From Leptospiraceae bacterium (GTDB taxonomy: Bacteria > Spirochaetota > Leptospiria > Leptospirales > Leptonemataceae), in assembly GCA_040217195.1 (NCBI GenBank), contig JAVJNR010000005.1:352001-416000 (forward strand): 64,000 nucleotides of DNA, written 5' to 3'. The position numbers and the translations under genes were made by a program. Positions within the stretch are counted from its first letter, which is position 1. Every line of letters starts with the position of its first letter. The notes under the pieces were generated by a model. That model was not told the DNA's origin and did not search any database. It worked only from the letters and a program-made list of their open reading frames with translations. This document shows, in pieces, positions 58,169 to 64,000 of the stretch.

Positions 58169-58480
58169 ATGGAAGAACGACAAAACAGCGGCTATCAGGG
58201 CGGAGATCGCAACTCTGATTCTGATGATAAACGACGAGGCGGTCCTGGAGGCCGACCCGGTGGTGGCGGCGGCGGTGGCCGATACCGCAAGCGTGTACTG
58301 GACACCAGAAATATTACCATCGATTATAAGAATCCCGAGACTCTGGAAAGATTCATTTCCAAGACTGGAAAGATTCTGCCCAGAAGAATGACTGGTGCCA
58401 CGGCCAGAGTTCAACGCCAGATTGCTCGAGAGATCAAGCGAGCTCGAATGATTAACCTGCTCCCTTTCTCCAAACGATAA
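58169..58480 (+). CDS. rpsR: 30S ribosomal protein S18 (Cys-less form, Gly-rich N-extension)
   Basis: [50 protein letters not shown]. Confidence 0.96.
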   Translation: MEERQNSGYQGGDRNSDSDDKRRGGPGGRPGGGGGGGRYRKRVLDTRNITIDYKNPETLERFISKTGKILPRRMTGATARVQRQIAREIKRARMINLLPFSKR

Positions 58481-58527
58481 CTTAAATGTCCATCAGGCTT
58501 TCCAGATTTTACGAAAAGCCTTGCAAG

Positions 58528-58555
58528 AAGCATCCCACCTGTGGGATGCTTTTTT
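58528..58555 (+). terminator. Rho-independent terminator after rpsR
   Basis: aagcatcccac-ct-gtgggatgctt inverted repeat running into a T-tract. Confidence 0.85.
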
Positions 58556-58768
58556 ATTGTATACCCCTGTGGAATATCCTAACGGATAACAGGCTTCCCA
58601 TGCACCGTTCAGGTATGACAGGCACCGCACAATCCCGTCCAGGGTCTTCCCCTGAAAGGAATACGATTTTCATTTTTCGGCTGACTGGATGGTCGCAGAA
58701 CCATATCTTCTTCAATACAGGGAAGCAAAAGAACTACCATCGCCCTTACCTAATTCAGGAGCCATAAT

Positions 58769-61549
58769 ATGGCATTGTCTTCTATCGCATCTATTCTAAA
58801 CGCAGAACATCAGTATTTTCTTGAAGACCTATACGAAACCTACAGGGCAAATCCTCAATCTGTGGCCGCTGAATGGAGGGATTTCTTTCAGCAAATGGAA
58901 CAGGAAGGTTCCAATGGGCACAGCCATGGGGTGGCGCTGGAAACCAGTTCCATTCCCAAGCTTCTAAAGTCAGATATACTTCGCATTCCAGATACCCAGC
59001 TAAAGGCTTTGATCTTGATGCAGGCGTATCGCCGCCATGGACATTATTCGGCTAACATTGATCCACTGGGACTTCGGGAAACAACCAGGGCCCATCTAAA
59101 ACTGGAAGATCATAACATCAGTTCAGAAGAACTGAGTAAAGAGGTAACAGTTACTTTTGGCGGCCAAACAGTAACAGACACACTGGGCAACCTCATCGAT
59201 AGGCTGGAACGTATTTACTGCGGAAGCCTGGGTTCCGAATACTTCTATATCAGAAGCGAAGAGCGTCGACGCTGGCTCATCGAAAAGCTTGAGTCCGATC
59301 GTTTTCAGAGTCCTCTGGAAAATTCCCTGAAGGAAATGATCTACGAAAAGCTGTATTCAGCTGAGAACTTTGAGAAATACATCGCCACCCATTATCCTGG
59401 CAAAAAAAGATTCTCCCTGGAAGGCGGCGAAAGCCTCATACCAACCCTGGCCGCCGCAGTAGAGATCGCCGGCGAAGATGGAATTGAGCAAATCGTAATC
59501 GGAATGGCTCATCGGGGACGCTTAAACGTCCTGGCCAATATTCTTGGAAAAGATCCAGCTCTTATCTTTGCAGAGTTCAACGAAAACATAACCGAAGACA
59601 TCGATTCCGGAGACGTAAAATATCACCTGGGCTACTCCAGCGACTATGAAACCCTGAGTGGTAAGTCTGTCCATCTCAGCCTGGCGTTTAACCCTTCGCA
59701 CCTTGAAGTGATAAACCCTGTTGTTCTGGGTTCCATTCGGGCCAGGCAGGAAAAAGCGGGGGATGTGGAGAGAAGAAACCATCTGCCATTGATTATTCAT
59801 GGAGATGCGGCCTTCGCCGGACAGGGGATAAACTATGAATGCCTGAATATGTCTGCGCTACCTGCCTATAAGGTTGGTGGTGCCCTCCATATCGTATGCA
59901 ACAATCAGATCGGTTTTACGACCAATCCAGACGATGCCAGATCCACCACCTATGCCACGGATCTGGCCCGAATGCTACATGTTCCCATATTCCATGTGAA
60001 CGGAGATGATCCGGAAGCCTGTTTTCGCGCTGTTCGGCTGGCCCTAGAATGGAGACGAAAGTATCAGACAGATGTTTTCATTGACTTGATCTGCTATCGA
60101 AGACTGGGCCATAACGAAACCGATGAACCGGCATTTACTCAGCCGGTAATGTACAGGAAAATCAAGTCCCATCCATCCACCTTTCAACAGTATGAGAAAA
60201 GACTGACCGATGATGGACTGGATCCGGAAAGACTCACTGCCATTAAGAAAAAGTATCAGGACTCTCTGGACGATGCTTTCAAGCGAGTGGATACGGATGA
60301 GCTTCAAAGCTACATTCAAACACTTACCGGAAACTGGCGGGGATTTCTGAAAATGGATCCCTACTCCAGACCGGATACCAGTATACCACGCAAGACCCTG
60401 GAGCAAATCGCAGAGCATATAACCAGGGTGCCAGAAGGATTTCAGCTTAATCGAAAACTGCAGCGGCTTTTTGACGATCGAAGAGCCATGGTATTTGAAG
60501 ATAAAGGCCTGGACTGGGGAATGGCAGAGATGCTAGCCCTGGGCACACTGGTTCAGGAAGGAATTCCAATTCGAATTACCGGCCAGGATACCAAGAGAGG
60601 CACATTTTCGCACAGGCATGCAGTGGTCTTTGATGGAGAAACGGATGAGGAATATGCAGCCCTGCAGCATATTTCCGAGGATCAGGGACGATTCGAAATC
60701 GCAAACAGCCTGCTCTCCGAGGTCGCAGCCCTGGGGTTTGAGTTCGGATATTCTCTTGCGGATCCCAAGTCGCTGGTGATCTGGGAAGCTCAATTCGGGG
60801 ATTTTGTAAACGGAGCTCAGGTAGTCATCGATCAATTTATTGCCAGCAGCGAAACCAAATGGAATCGATACTCTGGCATTGTATTGCTACTACCCCATGG
60901 CTACGAAGGCCAGGGACCGGAACACTCCAGTGCCCGTCTGGAAAGGTTTTTGCAGCTGTGCAGCCAGTTCAACATTCAGGTAGCCAATTGCACTACTCCG
61001 TCTCAGTACTTTCATCTATTGCGAAGGCAGATGCACAGGAATTATCGCAAGCCGCTAATTGTAATGAGTCCTAAATCCTTGCTGCGGCACCCCAGGGCCA
61101 AGAGCCAGCTAACCGATTTCACCGAGAATTCCTTCGAGGAAGTTCTGGATGAATCGGATCCTTCTATCGATAAAGAAAAGGTAAAGGCCCTTCTGTTTTG
61201 CAGCGGTAAAATCTACTACGATTTATTGGAACAGAGGGAGCAGGAAGAAATCAGGGATATTGCCATTATTCGAGTGGAACAGCTTTATCCATTTCCCAAT
61301 GAGCAGATCCAGAGTATTCTGAAACAGTACAAAAAGGCCAAAGATATTACCTGGGTTCAAGAAGAGCCTAGAAACCAGGGAGCCTGGATCTATATGGAAA
61401 ACCTGCTCGGCCACCTATGCCGGGCCAGACTGAACTACTGTGGTCGAGCCCCATCACCCAGCCCGGCCACAGGATATTTCAAGGTGCACGTAAAAGAACA
61501 GACCAGCATTGTAGAAGAAGCTCTACAAATAAAATCGGAGGAAGACTGA
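58769..61549 (+). CDS. sucA: 2-oxoglutarate dehydrogenase E1
   Basis: [80 protein letters not shown]. Confidence 0.98.
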   Translation: MALSSIASILNAEHQYFLEDLYETYRANPQSVAAEWRDFFQQMEQEGSNGHSHGVALETSSIPKLLKSDILRIPDTQLKALILMQAYRRHGHYSANIDPLGLRETTRAHLKLEDHNISSEELSKEVTVTFGGQTVTDTLGNLIDRLERIYCGSLGSEYFYIRSEERRRWLIEKLESDRFQSPLENSLKEMIYEKLYSAENFEKYIATHYPGKKRFSLEGGESLIPTLAAAVEIAGEDGIEQIVIGMAHRGRLNVLANILGKDPALIFAEFNENITEDIDSGDVKYHLGYSSDYETLSGKSVHLSLAFNPSHLEVINPVVLGSIRARQEKAGDVERRNHLPLIIHGDAAFAGQGINYECLNMSALPAYKVGGALHIVCNNQIGFTTNPDDARSTTYATDLARMLHVPIFHVNGDDPEACFRAVRLALEWRRKYQTDVFIDLICYRRLGHNETDEPAFTQPVMYRKIKSHPSTFQQYEKRLTDDGLDPERLTAIKKKYQDSLDDAFKRVDTDELQSYIQTLTGNWRGFLKMDPYSRPDTSIPRKTLEQIAEHITRVPEGFQLNRKLQRLFDDRRAMVFEDKGLDWGMAEMLALGTLVQEGIPIRITGQDTKRGTFSHRHAVVFDGETDEEYAALQHISEDQGRFEIANSLLSEVAALGFEFGYSLADPKSLVIWEAQFGDFVNGAQVVIDQFIASSETKWNRYSGIVLLLPHGYEGQGPEHSSARLERFLQLCSQFNIQVANCTTPSQYFHLLRRQMHRNYRKPLIVMSPKSLLRHPRAKSQLTDFTENSFEEVLDESDPSIDKEKVKALLFCSGKIYYDLLEQREQEEIRDIAIIRVEQLYPFPNEQIQSILKQYKKAKDITWVQEEPRNQGAWIYMENLLGHLCRARLNYCGRAPSPSPATGYFKVHVKEQTSIVEEALQIKSEED

Positions 61550-61551
61550 GT

Positions 61552-62802
61552 ATGTCCCAGGAAATTAAAGTACCACCCATGGGGGAATCCATCACAGAGG
61601 CCACCGTGGCCGACTGGCATTTCTCCGAAGGTCAGAGCTTCAATAGTGGCGATATTTTAGTAGAACTGGAAACGGATAAGGTTACCATGGAAGTGCCTGC
61701 TCCCACAGCAGGTAAACTAACCAGTATAAAGAAACAGTCCGGCGAAACAGTACAACTGGATGAAGTGCTGGCCACCATCGAAGAAGGAGCCGGTACATCC
61801 GATTCCGATTCAGGAAGCGAAAGCAAATCCGAATCCGCTCCGGCCCAGAGTTCCAGCCCTCAGCCTGCAGAATCCCAAAGCAATCGTCAAAATGAAACGG
61901 TACCCCCTGGAGCCCGCCGATTGGCCTCAGAACAGGGAGTGGACACTTCCAATGTTCAGGGCACCGGAAAAGGTGGGCAGGTAAGAAAAGAAGATGTGGT
62001 GAATCATCTCGAAAAAGGCAGTTCTTCCGCCTCTTCTGGCAGTTCCGCACCGTCCAGGCCAGTAGCCAGTGAAGCCATAAAACCCAGCCGTCAGAAAACC
62101 GGCGAAAGGGAAAAGGTCGAGCCCATGAGCCGACTGAGACAGAAGATTGCCGAGCGATTGGTTTCAGCGCAACAAACAGCAGCCATTCTTACTACGTTCA
62201 ACGAAGTTGATATGAGTCGGGTAATGGATATTCGCAATCAGTACAAAGATCTGTATGCGAAGAAATACGGTATAAAACTTGGATTCATGTCCTTCTTCGT
62301 AAAAGCAGCCGTGGAGGCCCTCAAGTCCTATCCGGCTATTAATGCAGAAATACGCGGAACAGACATAGTACACAAGAATTACTATGATGTTGGCGTGGCT
62401 GTGGGTGGTCCCAGAGGTCTCGTTGTTCCCATTGTTCGGGACGCAGATCTGCTAAGTTTCGCAGAGATTGAAATGGAAATCGCACGGCTGGCCGGTCGTG
62501 TTCAGGAAGGCAGCATTTCCCTGGAAGAAATGACCGGTGGAACGTTTACCATATCCAATGGCGGAATCTATGGCTCCATGCTTTCCACTCCAATTCTGAA
62601 TCCACCACAGAGCGGTATTCTGGGAATGCATAATATTACCAAGCGAGCCATGGTTGTGAACGATGAAATCGTAATTCGACCCATGATGTACCTGGCACTT
62701 TCCTATGATCATCGTATAGTGGACGGAAAGGAAGCGGTGAGCTTTCTTGTGAAGATCAAGGAATGTATTGAGGATCCAGAGAGAATCCTACTGGAGATTT
62801 AA
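61552..62802 (+). CDS. sucB: 2-oxoglutarate dehydrogenase E2 (dihydrolipoyl succinyltransferase)
   Basis: Lipoyl domain LETDKV, E3-binding [30 protein letters not shown]. Confidence 0.98.
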   Translation: MSQEIKVPPMGESITEATVADWHFSEGQSFNSGDILVELETDKVTMEVPAPTAGKLTSIKKQSGETVQLDEVLATIEEGAGTSDSDSGSESKSESAPAQSSSPQPAESQSNRQNETVPPGARRLASEQGVDTSNVQGTGKGGQVRKEDVVNHLEKGSSSASSGSSAPSRPVASEAIKPSRQKTGEREKVEPMSRLRQKIAERLVSAQQTAAILTTFNEVDMSRVMDIRNQYKDLYAKKYGIKLGFMSFFVKAAVEALKSYPAINAEIRGTDIVHKNYYDVGVAVGGPRGLVVPIVRDADLLSFAEIEMEIARLAGRVQEGSISLEEMTGGTFTISNGGIYGSMLSTPILNPPQSGILGMHNITKRAMVVNDEIVIRPMMYLALSYDHRIVDGKEAVSFLVKIKECIEDPERILLEI

Positions 62803-62829
62803 GACCGGGAACAATAGCAGGAAAACATC

Positions 62830-64000
62830 ATGCAACAATTCGACTACACTGTAATAGGCGGCGGGCCAGGAGGCTACGTCAGTGCAATTCGTGCAGCTCA
62901 GCTTGGGTTTAAAGTAGCTGTAATCGAAAAAAGCCCTACTCTGGGCGGAACATGCGTAAACGTGGGTTGTATTCCATCCAAAGCGTTGCTGGACTCTTCG
63001 GAAAAGTTTCATGCTGCCAGCCATGAGTTTGCAGACCATGGAATCAATGTTGGCTCTGTGAAGATTGATGTTAAGAAGATGATGGAACGAAAGGTCTCTG
63101 TAGTCAAAGAGCTCACCGATGGTCTTGATTTTCTTATGAAAAAGAATAAGATCACCGTTTTTCGCGGCACAGGCACCATGCAAAAAGCCAGCACCGAAAA
63201 AGTGGAGATCAAGGTAAGCGGCGAATCAGAAGAGACTCTGGAATCCAAATACTGTATTATTGCTACAGGCTCCGCTCCCATCGCCATCCCGGGCATGGAA
63301 ATCGATGAAAAGCAGATCATAACCTCGGACACAGCCATCGCCCTGGAAAAAGTACCTGAATCCATGACCATTATTGGTGGTGGCGTCATTGGTCTGGAAC
63401 TGGGTTCTGTCTGGAATCGTTTGGGTACTAAAGTCACCATAGTAGAGATGTTACCTGACATTCTTATGACCCTGGATGGTCAGATGCGAAGCGTGGCTCG
63501 AAGAACCCTACAGAAACAGGGCCTGGAATTCCTGTTCGAGCATAAGGTTACCGAAGCTAAAGCTGGCAAGAAAGGCGTGGATATCAAAGTTCAGGATAAG
63601 AATGGCGAAGAGAAGAAAATAAATTCAGAAATACTTCTAGTTTCTGTGGGTCGGAAGCCTTTCACCGATGGCCTGGGTGCTGAGAATGTTGGAGTCAAAA
63701 TCAACGATCGAGGCCGAGTGGAAGTGGATCCACACACCTTGCAGACATCGGTGCCCAACATCTATGCCATTGGTGATGTAATTGAAGGTCCCATGCTGGC
63801 TCATAAGGCAGAAGAAGAAGGTGTCATGGTAGCCGAGAATCTGGCCGGCAAGAGCGGACATGTAAATTATGATACCGTTCCCTGGGTTGTTTACACCTGG
63901 CCCGAAATAGCCTGGGTTGGAAAAGGCGAAGAGCAGCTCAAAAAAGAAGGTATTGAGTATCGCACAGGTAAGTTTCTATTCAAACCCAATGGTCGTGCCA
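62830..64000 (+). CDS. lpdA: Dihydrolipoyl dehydrogenase E3, 3'-truncated by the window end
   Basis: Read from the sequence: [26 protein letters not shown]...[17 protein letters not shown]...[10 protein letters not shown]...[12 protein letters not shown]; follows sucB. Confidence 0.97.
   Translation, partial: MQQFDYTVIGGGPGGYVSAIRAAQLGFKVAVIEKSPTLGGTCVNVGCIPSKALLDSSEKFHAASHEFADHGINVGSVKIDVKKMMERKVSVVKELTDGLDFLMKKNKITVFRGTGTMQKASTEKVEIKVSGESEETLESKYCIIATGSAPIAIPGMEIDEKQIITSDTAIALEKVPESMTIIGGGVIGLELGSVWNRLGTKVTIVEMLPDILMTLDGQMRSVARRTLQKQGLEFLFEHKVTEAKAGKKGVDIKVQDKNGEEKKINSEILLVSVGRKPFTDGLGAENVGVKINDRGRVEVDPHTLQTSVPNIYAIGDVIEGPMLAHKAEEEGVMVAENLAGKSGHVNYDTVPWVVYTWPEIAWVGKGEEQLKKEGIEYRTGKFLFKPNGRA

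Noticed and set aside
58486..58767. 93-aa ORF between rpsR and sucA, or a known sucA leader RNA
   Set aside because: The ORF runs through a strong terminator and has no motif; only short hairpins are visible and I cannot match a known RNA motif.
61417..61551. N-terminal extension of sucB
   Set aside because: Overlaps sucA; the lipoyl domain starts at MSQEIKVP (61552).
1..64000. tRNA, rRNA, prophage, transposase or anti-phage defence genes
   Set aside because: No cloverleaf, rRNA signature, integrase or transposase motifs seen. The kinase-ATPase protein has a signalling output rather than a nuclease or other toxic effector.

Overview
This 64 kb window is bacterial chromosome, most likely from the Leptospiraceae (a Leptonema/Leptospira relative). 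That call rests on a DAP-type MurE (DNPR motif), a long two-domain ThyX and Leptospira-like surface proteins (Lsa26-like, DUF1554/Len-like, LruC-domain). Housekeeping content: rpmF-plsX, pheST, a modified dcw cluster (thyX-rsmH-ftsL-murE-murF-mraY-murD-ftsW-murG, an opposite-strand gene, then murC-ftsQ-ftsA-ftsZ-nfeD-SPFH-SPFH), a stand-alone rpsR, and sucA-sucB-lpdA (lpdA truncated at the edge). The most interesting part is a cyclic-nucleotide signalling neighbourhood at about 35-58 kb. It has an Aer-like receptor, a giant Ser/Thr kinase-ATPase-GAF-adenylate cyclase, a membrane HAMP cyclase coupled to a FecR/FN3 protein, a secreted partner and a DUF1554 protein. Nearby are two stand-alone cNMP-binding proteins coupled to an apparent pseudo-PP2C, and a divergent pseudo-esterase. 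The FecR/FN3 + partner pair has a paralogous copy at the left edge of the window. Several conserved enzymes carry unusual low-complexity insertions. I found no rRNA, tRNA, CRISPR array or mobile element. All family calls come from motif recognition by eye, not from database searches.
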